DNA of 64,000 bases from a bacterium. GTDB lineage: Bacteria; Patescibacteriota; Microgenomatia; UBA10105; UBA927. Positions 7,638 through 17,880 of the stretch are shown in pieces; within the stretch, counting starts at the first letter, position 1, and every line of letters starts with the position of its first letter. The DNA lies in assembly GCA_021817785.1 (NCBI GenBank), contig JAKAFY010000006.1, positions 2,067 to 66,066 on the forward strand, read 5' to 3'. A program made the translations under genes and the position numbers. The notes beneath the pieces were generated by a model. It saw only the letters and a list, made by a program, of their open reading frames with translations. It had not been told where the DNA came from and searched no databases.

Positions 7638-9218
7638 TTAAAAATATCCGCTTCGTATGAGTTGTTGTTGCGTATTCCCATACGGAATCTGCATAAATGG
7701 TGACGGAAGCAACAGCTCGGGAACGGCCGCGCGTATCAGGACATCGCGATATTGTTTTACAATCTGCCTGTGGGAATTCGCTATATTATGTAATTCTTCG
7801 GGATCGCTTCGCAAATCATATAGTTCAGGCTTTTTTTGCGGATCCCGATACACAATCAACGCATAGCGCCGATTCTGGATAACAAACGTATCCTCATAGT
7901 TCATGGACACGGCATACGATTTTGCGCGATACGAAACGCCGGACAACAGCGGGATCAATGACATTCCCTGTATGTATTTGGGCGCAGCCCCGACAACCAT
8001 TGCGGCAATCGTCGGATAGAGATCGAGATTTTCGACTACTGTATCTACATGCCCTCCCCTACTGCCTGGATACGTTATGACGAACGGCACATGATATACC
8101 TCGTTATAAGGAGCATCCATATGGGAAAAGAGTCCGTGTTCACCAAATGCCTCTCCGTGCGCCGCCGTCACGATGATCACGGTATGATTGGCCACGTCAG
8201 GTTTCAATAAATAATCCACAAATCCTGAAAGGCGCGTATCCAATATGTGCAGCTTTGTCTCATAAAGCATCCGAAGGTATGCGACCTCCTGCGGATTATC
8301 TGCATGGATAAACTGCATGTATGGATCATATACGGTTTCCCACGAAAGCAACCGTTGCGTATAGTCATGATTATCTATAAGCTCCTGCAAATAATCCGCG
8401 ATTTTTTTACCACGTATTGAAGGGTCTGCCTGAAAAATTTCTGGGTGCTCCGCTATGGCAGCCGGTACGAATATTTGCCCGACGTGAGCAGATAAGTATG
8501 CCTCGCGGACACGCATAAATTCATCCGTATAAATGGGAAAGCCATCGGGCTTGGGCAAATTCCGGATTGGCCGTTCGGGCGGAACCAACAGGTACGGTAA
8601 ATGCAATTCCTCTGTATATGCGTGGAAAAACACCGGTTTATTTATGGCTACCGCCTGCTTATATTCGTCTATCCATATGTTTTCTGCCGGCGAACTCAAA
8701 TCTGTGTGGACATAGCCACGTAACCCTCCGTTACGTTTGGTTAATAATGCGTCATTATCGTCTCCGATATAATACGTGTCATACCCCTGTTGACCAAGAA
8801 ATTGAGCGAGGGTGACTGTCGTAGGAGAGAGGGCTCCTTCCTGCTGTTTCCAGACTTGATTGATGTTGGGGTATAATGACGTATAGGTAGACAAGGCGCT
8901 CGGCAACGTCCAAAACGATTGGCTATACGCTTGTGAAAACTGCACCCCCGCAGAGGCGAGCCTGCACAAATTTGGAGCAATCTCTTTTCCCTTCCCGTTA
9001 CAATCCAGCTCATCGGCGCGGAGGACGTCCAAATCCAGGATAACCACGTTGCAGTGCCTGCAACCGACGCGTGCGGCAGCGACATGCTCCACGACCCTGC
9101 GGCACATGATGGCTATGGAAATGAGGGCTGCACAAACGCAAATCAGCACCCCCGCTTTTTGTACCCCTGTCCATACCGCTGTTATGTTGTATTTCTTCGG
9201 GTATATAGGATTGTTCAT
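7638..9218 (-). CDS. Sulfatase-like hydrolase/transferase (alkaline phosphatase superfamily), membrane-anchored. It lacks the C/S-x-P-x-R formylglycine motif.
   Basis: VVILDLDVLRADELDCNG...APNLCRLA and a C-terminal HGEAFGEHG. TLPS sits where CTPSR would be. Confidence 0.7.
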   Translation of the reverse strand: MNNPIYPKKYNITAVWTGVQKAGVLICVCAALISIAIMCRRVVEHVAAARVGCRHCNVVILDLDVLRADELDCNGKGKEIAPNLCRLASAGVQFSQAYSQSFWTLPSALSTYTSLYPNINQVWKQQEGALSPTTVTLAQFLGQQGYDTYYIGDDNDALLTKRNGGLRGYVHTDLSSPAENIWIDEYKQAVAINKPVFFHAYTEELHLPYLLVPPERPIRNLPKPDGFPIYTDEFMRVREAYLSAHVGQIFVPAAIAEHPEIFQADPSIRGKKIADYLQELIDNHDYTQRLLSWETVYDPYMQFIHADNPQEVAYLRMLYETKLHILDTRLSGFVDYLLKPDVANHTVIIVTAAHGEAFGEHGLFSHMDAPYNEVYHVPFVITYPGSRGGHVDTVVENLDLYPTIAAMVVGAAPKYIQGMSLIPLLSGVSYRAKSYAVSMNYEDTFVIQNRRYALIVYRDPQKKPELYDLRSDPEELHNIANSHRQIVKQYRDVLIRAAVPELLLPSPFMQIPYGNTQQQLIRSGYF

Positions 9219-9265
9219 AGCAGTTGTGTAAACCTGCCGGCAAACGACGTACTAGACCCGGTTAC

Positions 9266-9619
9266 CTAATAAAACATGTTCCACCATCGTAGCCAATTCG
9301 GTGTGCGGGTATCGGAACGCGTATCCGCTCCTCCCGCTCCCTGGCCATTTTGAGGCAGTAAAATAATAGACTCTCCGTCTTTGACAAGCCCCAATTTATC
9401 CCTGGCTATCCGCTCGACGTATTCCGTGCTTTTTGTATCCTGGAGTTCCTGTTTCAGCTTCTGGTTTTCACGGGTAATCGTGTTGAGATCCTGTTGGCGC
9501 GTGGTGACGATATCTTTACGGTGCCACAAATCCAGAATCGTGCCTGCGGCGCTCAGGCACAAACCGAGGCTAACCAGAAATATGAGTAGCTGTACGATTG
9601 TATTGCGAAACAGATTCAT
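9266..9619 (-). CDS. Septum formation initiator (FtsB/DivIC-like) cell-division protein.
   Basis: A single N-terminal TM segment followed by a coiled coil (QKLKQELQD...) then ERIARDKLGLVKDGE. Confidence 0.6.
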   Translation of the reverse strand: MNLFRNTIVQLLIFLVSLGLCLSAAGTILDLWHRKDIVTTRQQDLNTITRENQKLKQELQDTKSTEYVERIARDKLGLVKDGESIILLPQNGQGAGGADTRSDTRTPNWLRWWNMFY

Positions 9620-9736
9620 GGTACTTGCGTATAGGTCTGATATATGATATTATAGGCTTTAAGAAACATAGGTCGCAACCATACTCAATCTCCTGCTGAA
9701 TTGAATATACCGGTCCGCGCACCGAATTTATCTATC

Positions 9737-10597
9737 ATGGCTCTCGAACTCAAACTTGCGCACAAACAATTTGTCGAATATCTCGAGTCCCGCAGACGCG
9801 CTCGCGCTACTATCGTAGCATACAGCAAAGATATAGAGCAGCTCATCCAATTCCTGGGAAATACAGGGAAAAAGGATATTGGCGCCGTCACCCGGGAGGA
9901 ACTTGAGGCCTTCTTAAAAAAACTCGCCTCCGACAGCTATACGCCGAAATCCATTTCTCGGAAAATCAACTCCATGAAGACTTTTTACCGCTTTCTCAAG
10001 GCATCGGGCGTAATCACTACGGACCCCGCTGCGGACATAGAGCACCCCAAATACGACATCAAACCTCCACGCATTTTATCCAAACTGGAATATCGGGCGC
10101 TCCGGGATGCATGCCGCGGAGATATCCGAACCCATGCCATCGTGGAGCTTTTCCTTCAGACCGGGTTAAGAATCGGCGAACTTGCGAATCTTACGACAGG
10201 TGATGTGCGTGAGACAGAGCTTCACATCTCCGCCCAGGAGGGCCATGAGGAACGCATGGTGCCTTTAAACCGGGCGGCCAAAGAAGCGCTTGCCAGCTGG
10301 ACGACAGTGCGCGGCAATGGCGTTAAGTCCAATGCATTGTTTATCACCAAAACCGGCCGGTCACTACTTATCCGAAACATCCGTACGGCAATCGACCGGT
10401 ACTTTAAAATTGCCGGCATTGAAGACGCCAAAGTCAACGATTTGCGCCACACATTTATCGCCCATCATCTCATGGCAGGAACACCTATTACTACGATCAG
10501 TAAATTAGTAGGACACAAACGATTGTCCACCACAGAAAAATATCTGGAATTTATCAAAGACAAACAGGTTGAACACGTCAAACTTGAAGAGCTGTAA
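9737..10597 (+). CDS. Tyrosine site-specific recombinase XerC/XerD family.
   Basis: An N-terminal core-binding domain and a catalytic domain with R..HxxR..Y (LRHTFIAHHL...TEKY). The start was chosen at MALELK. Confidence 0.8.
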   Translation: MALELKLAHKQFVEYLESRRRARATIVAYSKDIEQLIQFLGNTGKKDIGAVTREELEAFLKKLASDSYTPKSISRKINSMKTFYRFLKASGVITTDPAADIEHPKYDIKPPRILSKLEYRALRDACRGDIRTHAIVELFLQTGLRIGELANLTTGDVRETELHISAQEGHEERMVPLNRAAKEALASWTTVRGNGVKSNALFITKTGRSLLIRNIRTAIDRYFKIAGIEDAKVNDLRHTFIAHHLMAGTPITTISKLVGHKRLSTTEKYLEFIKDKQVEHVKLEEL

Positions 10598-10604
10598 TAA
10601 TTTT

Positions 10605-10785
10605 TGCTATACTCGTTTTAGAAAAGCGCTTGAGTCTTGCCAGTCACAAGACAAGCTTTCAGCTGAACCCAAAGTAAGCTGAACGGGAGAGTCCGTAACT
10701 ACTCACACAAGAAGCAAGTAAGGTGGTACCACCCAGACTTTCGCGAAAAGCTGGGTCCTTATATAAAACGGTACCTTTTTTTGTG
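10605..10785 (+). promoter_or_regulatory. Possible T-box riboswitch leader upstream of valS.
   Basis: AAGTAAGGTGGTACCACCC (10714-10733) matches the T-box consensus AATTAGGGTGGTACCGCGG at 14 of 19 positions, including the UGGN acceptor-pairing core. It is followed by a hairpin ACCCAG..CTGGGT and GGTACC + TTTTTTT (10771-10782). Upstream there are two GCUGA (K-turn-like) motifs. Confidence 0.35.
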
Positions 10786-10942
10786 GTTAAATAGCTTTAT
10801 GCCAGGTAGGAGAATTTCGACACGCTTTCGTTCATTGCGCGACGAATAGACTTCCTGGATGTTAATATAATGTTGTTATAGAAATAACGCTGAAATTTTC
10901 CAAAGCGCAAAAAACGCAATGGTCGAAATTTCACTACCTGGT

Positions 10943-13237
10943 ATGGATAAAAATTACGATCCGAAATTGACCGAGGAAGCTATCTACCGAATGTGGGAAA
11001 CCGGCGGATATTTTACCCCAACAATAGATCCCCAAAAAAAGCCGTTTACTATTTTATTGCCATTGCCCAATGCCAATGACCCGATGCACATGGGGCACGC
11101 CATGTTTACCGTGCAGGATATTTTAATCCGATATCACCGCATGATGGGAGACCCCACGCTTTGGCTTCCGGGCGGTGACCATGCAGGTATCGAAACGCAA
11201 TATGTTTTTGAAAAGAAATTAGCAAAAGAAGGCAAAAGCCGGTTTCAGTTCGATCGCGATACGCTCTACAACATGATTGCCGACTACGTCGAGCAAAATA
11301 AAAATATCAACCGCGATCAAATGAAGCGCCTGGGCTTTTCCATGGATTGGACACGATACCGCTACTCGCTGGACCCAAACATCGTTGCAACTGTTTTAGA
11401 CACATTCAAAACTATGTACAACGATGGCCTTGCCTATCGCGATGCCCGACTCGTCAATTATTGTACGAAAGACGGCACGGGATTTTCAGATCTGGAAGTA
11501 AAGTATGACGAACGCATAGACCCGTTATACTACATGAAATACGGACCGTTTACGATCGCTACGGTTCGCCCCGAAACCAAATTCCGCGATACAGCATTGG
11601 CCGTCAACCCGAAAGACAAACGATACAAAAAATACATCGGGCAAACGCTCGAAATCATGGGACTGTTGGGACCTATCCAGATGACCGTGATTCCGGATCA
11701 GGAAGTGGATCCCAAATTCGGTACGGGGATAATGAAAGTCACTCCGGCGCATGATCCGCATGATTTCGAACTTGGCAAAAAATTTAATTTACCCGTTACT
11801 CCGATTATCGACCAACGCGGAAAAATGGATTTTTCATGGTTCCTCTCACAAAACAATATAGAACCGAAATACAAAGAACGAGCAGAAAAATATCACGGAA
11901 AAAAGGTGGCAGAAGCACGCGCACTCATGGTAGAAGATCTCAAAGCGGATGGGCTATTGGTAAAAGTTGATGAACAATACACGCATCGGGTCGGAATGTG
12001 TTATCGCTGCGGCTCAGTCCTTGAACCCCTCCCTATCCCCCAGTGGTATATCAAAACAAAACCGTTAGCCAAAAAAGCTATCGAGGCAGTCAAAAAAGGG
12101 AAAACAAAAATATTCCCCAAAAAACGGTTTGAAAAAATGTATTTCGACTGGATGAACAATATTCTGGATTGGAATATCAGCCGCCAGATTGTGTGGGGAC
12201 CGCGAATTCCTATCTGGTACTGTCTGGATTGTAATCCTGATATTGCCCTTTCATTTTTAAATGCAGAACATGTGAAAATGTTTGGTACATATAAAGATTT
12301 TGCTTCTACGCATTCTTTTGACGAAATAAAACATGGCATCCAAACGCTTTCCGCACCTTTGAAAGCGACATACGCATTAACCGATGGAGCGTGTACGACA
12401 TGTGGCGGCACCCACATCCTACAGGAAACCGATACGTTTGATACCTGGTTTCTTTCCAGCCAATGGCCAATTACGACACTCGGGTTTCCGGATAGCAAAG
12501 ACTTTAACTATTTCTACCCAACATCAGTCCTCGACACTATGTGGGACATTCTTTTTTTCTGGGTGGCCCGGATGATGATGATGGGACTCTACAGGACCGG
12601 AAAAGTACCGTTTGAGGTCGTGCATCTCCATAGCCGCGTCGTGGACGCACATGGCAAAAAAATGGCCAAAAGCAAAGGCAACGTTATAAACCCCATTGAT
12701 ATGGTCGGCAAATACGGCGCGGATGCCCTCCGGTTTGCACTTATGTTCGGTGCCGCTCCGGGCAGCGATATTGCAATATCAGAAGACAAAATCAGAGGTA
12801 TGAGAAACTTTGCAAATAAACTATGGAATATCGGCCGGTTTATTCACATGAATATTGACGCCGCAAAGGCTGAAATTCCGTTCTATGACGATACACGCCT
12901 CCAGACAGTGATTGACGCCAACGATAAACAGATCATTTCCGAACTAAATACGCTGGCTGTCTCTGTGACGAAGAATATAAACCACTACCGATTTTCCGAC
13001 GCCGCCCAGTCGCTCTACGAATTTACCTGGCATCAGTTCGCTGATGTGTATCTCGAGAAAAATAAAGACCGGTTCAAAGCCGGGGACGCGCAGGCACTTT
13101 CTGTCCTGCGGCATGTATACATTATACTTTTAAAGCTCATCCATCCGTTTATGCCGTTTGTCACGGAAAGCATATGGGGCACATTTCCGCGGAAACACGC
13201 GGATCCGCTCATTATCTCTCATTGGCCTACAGTTTGA
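10943..13237 (+). CDS. valS: Valyl-tRNA synthetase (short form without the C-terminal coiled coil).
   Basis: MDKNYDP..EEAIYRMWE matches the ValRS N-terminus. Motifs PNANDPMHMGHA (HIGH-type), KMAKSKGN and the WYIKTKPLAKKA region are present. The ORF track begins at 10919, but MDK fits ValRS alignments better. Confidence 0.85.
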   Translation: MDKNYDPKLTEEAIYRMWETGGYFTPTIDPQKKPFTILLPLPNANDPMHMGHAMFTVQDILIRYHRMMGDPTLWLPGGDHAGIETQYVFEKKLAKEGKSRFQFDRDTLYNMIADYVEQNKNINRDQMKRLGFSMDWTRYRYSLDPNIVATVLDTFKTMYNDGLAYRDARLVNYCTKDGTGFSDLEVKYDERIDPLYYMKYGPFTIATVRPETKFRDTALAVNPKDKRYKKYIGQTLEIMGLLGPIQMTVIPDQEVDPKFGTGIMKVTPAHDPHDFELGKKFNLPVTPIIDQRGKMDFSWFLSQNNIEPKYKERAEKYHGKKVAEARALMVEDLKADGLLVKVDEQYTHRVGMCYRCGSVLEPLPIPQWYIKTKPLAKKAIEAVKKGKTKIFPKKRFEKMYFDWMNNILDWNISRQIVWGPRIPIWYCLDCNPDIALSFLNAEHVKMFGTYKDFASTHSFDEIKHGIQTLSAPLKATYALTDGACTTCGGTHILQETDTFDTWFLSSQWPITTLGFPDSKDFNYFYPTSVLDTMWDILFFWVARMMMMGLYRTGKVPFEVVHLHSRVVDAHGKKMAKSKGNVINPIDMVGKYGADALRFALMFGAAPGSDIAISEDKIRGMRNFANKLWNIGRFIHMNIDAAKAEIPFYDDTRLQTVIDANDKQIISELNTLAVSVTKNINHYRFSDAAQSLYEFTWHQFADVYLEKNKDRFKAGDAQALSVLRHVYIILLKLIHPFMPFVTESIWGTFPRKHADPLIISHWPTV

Positions 13238-13279
13238 TGCATCAGGGGAACTTTTAGATACGTACAGACAAATGTCTCG

Positions 13280-14311
13280 TTAGAACCCTGTGCCCGATGA
13301 GGATGCCGGCACCGCACTTGGAGAAACTATGGCGCTCGTTGGTAGCGCGGTTGATATGGTTGGTGTTGGAAAATTCGTCATAAACGTCCCCACTATCTTA
13401 TCGAACAGCGCGTCGTCTTTCGCAAAATCTGACGTAGTTCCGGCAGGCGCGAAGTGATTAAATTCTATTGCTAGCGAGTCATTGACCGGCACCAGTACGC
13501 CGCGCATTGCGGTAAAGGTATATCCCCCTCCGGTGCTTCCGGTAAAATTTCCGACATATTCATATCCGTATACGCCGCCGATCGTTGTCTGTTTCATGGT
13601 AAATTCTTTCCCATTCGCATCGGTAAGTATCGCCCCGCGGAAGTCCGGCAACAGTTGGCCTTTTCCCCGTGCCGCGACGGTAAATCGCGTTCCGTTCGGT
13701 AAATTCGTTCCCTGGGAGGGACAGCTCCCCCCGTCACACGTAAGCGGCGTTACTCCTGCAGGCAGCTTAAATGATATACCGGCGATGGCTTTTCTCGTTG
13801 CACCGCTTATAATCTGATTTGTCACCCATGTCGTATCAGCTGTTGCGGACGTCGTTGCCTGGGCTGGAGATGTTGTGACTGATTCAGGAAGAGGTATGGC
13901 TGTCGGGACCGCTACCTGTTGGGACTCAGCTGGAGTAAAGAAAGACCGCAACTGCATACTAAGCCACACTCCCAATCCGAATAGCAAAACGACAAAGATG
14001 ATAGTTCCGATATAATTTTTACCGGGTCGTTTCGTTTGTGGCGGCGTACCGTCGCGAGACGGCTCCTCCTGCTCACTCCGGGACGATGTGCTGGGCGCAA
14101 ATATTTGTGCGGCTTCCGGAACTACGGATGCAGAGGCAGACTGGGCTGCGATATCTTCCGTGGCGTCCGAACCTGCGGACTGGGATTCATCATGTTCTGC
14201 GACTTGTCCGGACGTAGGGTCGATAATCGGCGTTTCTTCATATGCCAAAGACGGCTTCGTGGGGGCATCGGATTCTGTCACAGCTGACGGTGTGTTGGCA
14301 GTGTCATCCAT
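13280..14311 (-). CDS. Hypothetical membrane-anchored protein with a disordered acidic N-terminus, one TM segment and an extracytoplasmic Gly/Thr-rich domain.
   Basis: Sequence composition only. Confidence 0.45.
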   Translation of the reverse strand: MDDTANTPSAVTESDAPTKPSLAYEETPIIDPTSGQVAEHDESQSAGSDATEDIAAQSASASVVPEAAQIFAPSTSSRSEQEEPSRDGTPPQTKRPGKNYIGTIIFVVLLFGLGVWLSMQLRSFFTPAESQQVAVPTAIPLPESVTTSPAQATTSATADTTWVTNQIISGATRKAIAGISFKLPAGVTPLTCDGGSCPSQGTNLPNGTRFTVAARGKGQLLPDFRGAILTDANGKEFTMKQTTIGGVYGYEYVGNFTGSTGGGYTFTAMRGVLVPVNDSLAIEFNHFAPAGTTSDFAKDDALFDKIVGTFMTNFPTPTISTALPTSAIVSPSAVPASSSGTGF

Positions 14312-14373
14312 AATTTCATTCGTATCCCGCCGTATGTTGGGATACCGACATATATAGATTTATTGTATACAAA

Positions 14374-15573
14374 TTACTTACGGACAAACAAGATGGCATT
14401 CGGAATATTCCGCCCGGGTCCCGCTTTATATCCGCCGCTCCATAGCGCAGTTGACCCGCCGTCATCCAAATTTAACGCATTATCCATTCCCAGTTCGTGC
14501 AATACGATTGCCGATTCCGCGACGGACGCGTTATGTACGACGCCGATGTACGCGACGGTACCTTTGTTTGCGACAAAGCTTCTGTTCCCCTTGTTTCCTT
14601 CTTTCGGTTCTCCCGCGCCGCTAAACACGATATTACCTCCGGAAACGAGCAGCGGTCTGTTGGCGATCAGACTGTCTGGGCTCGTGTCTCTCCCCCACTC
14701 AAGGGACTGACCGACAAACCGCAGGGAGCTCCCCAAAAATATGACTGCCGGCACTGTGCTATAGACGTTGTTTGCCGAATTAAAATACGTTTTATTCTTA
14801 TTCATGAGCAGCGTATCAAACGAATTGGTTTTTCCGGCGCATGATGGGTATTCCGCGGGACAAAAGTACGAGCCGTTCACTCCGGCATATGCTCCATTTC
14901 TGGCAACATAGTCGGAAAGCGGCAGCGTGGGGCAGTTGTTTGCGCAATCTGCACTGCTTGCTGTATCCACAATCACTTTCGTCGATGACAGATCCCCGGC
15001 AACAATGTCCACTACATACTGATTCCCGTCTGCTGTAACTTTCTGCCTCGAATACCCGGACGTCGGGGCGGTGTTGCTTTGCGTCACATTTGTGAGATTT
15101 ATTGCGGTCACCGTAAATTTCGCTTTCGCCTGGGCGATATTCGAGGAAAGTGTTTGAAGCTCAGCTGATGCGGTGGACCACTGTTCATGAGAAAGCAGGG
15201 ATAATATGTCAGCAAATTGTGTGTCAAGCGACGTTGTATTGGCACTTATCGCCCTTAGGTCGAGAAGCGTTTCATATGCGGAGAGTGCCGAGGTGTACGT
15301 CGTCTGTATACGTTTTATTTTTTCCGAAAGTTGTGCGTTTTTCACGTACTGGTCTTCATTTCGCACCGTGTTCAGCTCAGTCATCAGCGTATGTATCTCA
15401 AGTTGCAGCTGACTTTTTTGCACGATCAGCATCTGGTTTTGTCCCCGGATTAGCAACAGAGAAACCACGAGTATGATACCGGCGACAGAAACAGCGCTTA
15501 TGGTAACGATCGATACCCAGCGAGCAAGAATGGATCGCATTATCTGGTGTATGAGACGCGTACTGCTGTCCAT
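14374..15573 (-). CDS. Phosphodiester glycosidase (NAGPA-like) family protein, membrane-anchored.
   Basis: C-terminal LNLDDGGSTALW (the DGGGST-like hallmark). The start was moved to MDSSTRL to avoid a 170-nt overlap of an Arg-rich extension with efp. Confidence 0.55.
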   Translation of the reverse strand: MDSSTRLIHQIMRSILARWVSIVTISAVSVAGIILVVSLLLIRGQNQMLIVQKSQLQLEIHTLMTELNTVRNEDQYVKNAQLSEKIKRIQTTYTSALSAYETLLDLRAISANTTSLDTQFADILSLLSHEQWSTASAELQTLSSNIAQAKAKFTVTAINLTNVTQSNTAPTSGYSRQKVTADGNQYVVDIVAGDLSSTKVIVDTASSADCANNCPTLPLSDYVARNGAYAGVNGSYFCPAEYPSCAGKTNSFDTLLMNKNKTYFNSANNVYSTVPAVIFLGSSLRFVGQSLEWGRDTSPDSLIANRPLLVSGGNIVFSGAGEPKEGNKGNRSFVANKGTVAYIGVVHNASVAESAIVLHELGMDNALNLDDGGSTALWSGGYKAGPGRNIPNAILFVRK

Positions 15574-15620
15574 ATATCCAGTGTAAAAGGAAAAGAGAAG
15601 GTAAACAAGTCCGGATGCTA

Positions 15621-16184
15621 TTATCCCCGTTCGAGATATGCGCCGGTTTCCGGATCTATGCCGATCGTATCTCCCTCTTTTATAAAGAGCGGAACCGTGA
15701 TCGTCGCCCCCGTTTCTACAACGACTGTTTTGGTCGCACCGCTTACGGTATTCCCCTTGGCTCCTTCGGTCGCTTCCGTAACTTTCAGCCAAACCTTTTT
15801 AGGAAACCGAAGACCTACTGCATTTTCTTCAAACATCAACACCTGATAGGAATCGTTTGGTTTGAGATAGTTGATAAAATCACCCAACATTGTTGCCGAT
15901 ATCGTACACTGCTCAAAAGAAAAGTTATCCATGAACACATATCCTTCCCCTTCTTTATAGAGATACTGCATCTCCCTGGTTTCAATGGGTAATTCTTCTG
16001 CGGACTCGCCGGATTTAAACGTGAATTCCTGTACTTTCCCGCTTTTTAAACTTTTGAGCTTTGTGCGCACAAACGCCGATCCCTTCCCGGGATTCACAAA
16101 CTGCATATCGGTGATAAGGTGCGGCTCATCTTTAAATTCGATGAACATGCCTTTTTTAAATTGTGCGGTCGTTATGGTAGACAT
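15621..16184 (-). CDS. efp: Elongation factor P.
   Basis: VNPGKGSAFVRTKLKSL and the overall length and pattern. Confidence 0.9.
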   Translation of the reverse strand: MSTITTAQFKKGMFIEFKDEPHLITDMQFVNPGKGSAFVRTKLKSLKSGKVQEFTFKSGESAEELPIETREMQYLYKEGEGYVFMDNFSFEQCTISATMLGDFINYLKPNDSYQVLMFEENAVGLRFPKKVWLKVTEATEGAKGNTVSGATKTVVVETGATITVPLFIKEGDTIGIDPETGAYLERG

Positions 16185-16215
16185 AGAATGTGTTTTTCCT
16201 TTCGGAATGTGCCTA

Positions 16216-16800
16216 TTATCTCATATTTCGCTGTGCCTTCGCAATTGCCGTCCCGGTGATAAGGTAGATAATACTTGCATCAAGCGCAACGACATACAAA
16301 GGATATGCCACTTCAGAAGCGGACCACTGCCCGGCAGCCGCCAACGTACAGAGTGCGGCCATGACATCTAAAAAATAAAATGTCCAGACCTCCGTATGTG
16401 GCAGACGGTATGTTTTGAAAAGCATCGGCAGTTGTCCGACAAAATCCGCACCGATAAAAAATATGAGCCCGAGCAGCGGATCATTCGTCACGTTCCAAAA
16501 TAGAACACCTGCGACTGAGGTCAGAAGGCACAGGATATCAGACGCCGACCACCCTCCCATGCCCCGCCAGAGACTGAGCGCAAAAATAATACACGAGCCT
16601 CCGGCAAACACAACCGAAAGCCATACGGCCGACGTACTCCCCTGCGCGAAAAGCGACGCCATAGCAAGAACAGTAATAAGTGCCGTACAAAATCGCGTTG
16701 TGCGATGCGGCCTGGCGTCCCCGCGAACAATTGCCACAACATAGACGATGTACGAAATCAGTGCCAATATGCTGCTCATGGAAATAAGTACGGATCTCAT
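16216..16800 (-). CDS. Hypothetical polytopic membrane protein.
   Basis: About six hydrophobic segments. The call rests on composition only. Confidence 0.45.
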   Translation of the reverse strand: MRSVLISMSSILALISYIVYVVAIVRGDARPHRTTRFCTALITVLAMASLFAQGSTSAVWLSVVFAGGSCIIFALSLWRGMGGWSASDILCLLTSVAGVLFWNVTNDPLLGLIFFIGADFVGQLPMLFKTYRLPHTEVWTFYFLDVMAALCTLAAAGQWSASEVAYPLYVVALDASIIYLITGTAIAKAQRNMR

Positions 16801-17864
16801 GGGACATGAAACAATTCTTCAGACGGAAACAACATGGTGTCCTGCACACGCTTTGCATCGGCAAATAGCATGACAAGTCGATCAACGCCTATTGCTATCC
16901 CGCTGCTATCCGGCAATCCTGCTTTCAGCGCATCGATAAAATCATGATCATAATCATATATGGTTTTTCCTAACCGTTTGATCTCTTTAAGCTCGCTTTC
17001 AAAACGCGACTGCTGTTCTTTCCAGTCAGTCAGTTCACTATAACAATCTCCAAGTTCCAGCCCTTCAATATAAAACTCGAATCGCTCGGCAAACCGGGGG
17101 TCTGATTTCTTCTTTCGGGCCAGCGCTCCCATGACCCCGGGAAATTCATAGAGAATCGTCGGCTTTCCGCGTCCTAAATGCGATTCGATTTCATTAAGAA
17201 ATATCTGGTTATACAATTCCTCCCATGTTGTTTCCGCTTCTATCACATACCCTTTTTTTTGCGCGATACTCTTCGCATGGTCTTCCAGTAAAAACTCGGC
17301 AAAGTCCACGTGCGCCCACCGCAAAAATGCGTCGGCAACGGTTAGCCGCTCCCAGGGTCCCGCAAGATTCACGCGCGTTCCCTGATAGGATAATTCTTCC
17401 GGCCGCTGTGTTTCCATACCGGGGGTAGTCCGTTTTATGTAGGTATTGATAAAAACGAGCAACTCTTCACAATCAGACATGATATCCCGATAGTCGGCGC
17501 CGACTCTGTACCACTCTAATATCGTAAACTCCGGGTTATGCAGATTGCTTTGCGTCTCCATGTTGCGAAAGCTTTTCGTTACCGCGAAACAATTTCCTAT
17601 TCCCGCAACCATAAGTTTTTTGAGTGGTACTTCGGGAGATGTAGACAGGTATGCCTTCGTAGGATTGCGGTTTCGGTCAAAAAGCGTCGTTTCAAAAATA
17701 TCAAGATAACTTTCCGCAGGCGGGTGTGCGATCAGAAGCGGTGTTTCCACTTCGTGAAACTTCTGTTGGCCAAAAAAGATACGGATTGCGGCAATGACTT
17801 TTTCGCGGATAAAATATCGCTCCCACAGTTCCGGATGCGCTTTCAGCGTTTTCCATGTATTCAT
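16797..17864 (-). CDS. epmA: EF-P lysyl ligase EpmA (GenX/PoxA, a class II LysRS catalytic-domain paralog).
   Basis: SFRNMETQSNLHNPEFTILEWY (motif 2), GIAIGVDRLVML (motif 3), strong similarity across the N-terminal half, and adjacency to efp. Confidence 0.8.
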   Translation of the reverse strand: MNTWKTLKAHPELWERYFIREKVIAAIRIFFGQQKFHEVETPLLIAHPPAESYLDIFETTLFDRNRNPTKAYLSTSPEVPLKKLMVAGIGNCFAVTKSFRNMETQSNLHNPEFTILEWYRVGADYRDIMSDCEELLVFINTYIKRTTPGMETQRPEELSYQGTRVNLAGPWERLTVADAFLRWAHVDFAEFLLEDHAKSIAQKKGYVIEAETTWEELYNQIFLNEIESHLGRGKPTILYEFPGVMGALARKKKSDPRFAERFEFYIEGLELGDCYSELTDWKEQQSRFESELKEIKRLGKTIYDYDHDFIDALKAGLPDSSGIAIGVDRLVMLFADAKRVQDTMLFPSEELFHVP

Positions 17865-17880
17865 ATACGTATACCTCAGC

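Noticed and set aside
9737-10597. The tyrosine recombinase as a marker of an integrated mobile element.
   Set aside because: No flanking direct repeats, att-like tRNA 3' duplication or phage or plasmid genes were seen. It is most simply the chromosomal Xer dimer-resolution recombinase.
10919-10942. The upstream ATG of valS (MVEISLPGMDK...).
   Set aside because: ValRS N-termini align from MDKNYDP..IYRMWE. The upstream extension is probably not translated (low confidence).
14374-15792. The full 472-aa ORF including an Arg/Cys-rich 73-aa N-terminal extension.
   Set aside because: The extension overlaps the end of efp by about 170 nt and looks non-protein-like. The start was moved to the internal Met preceding the TM anchor.
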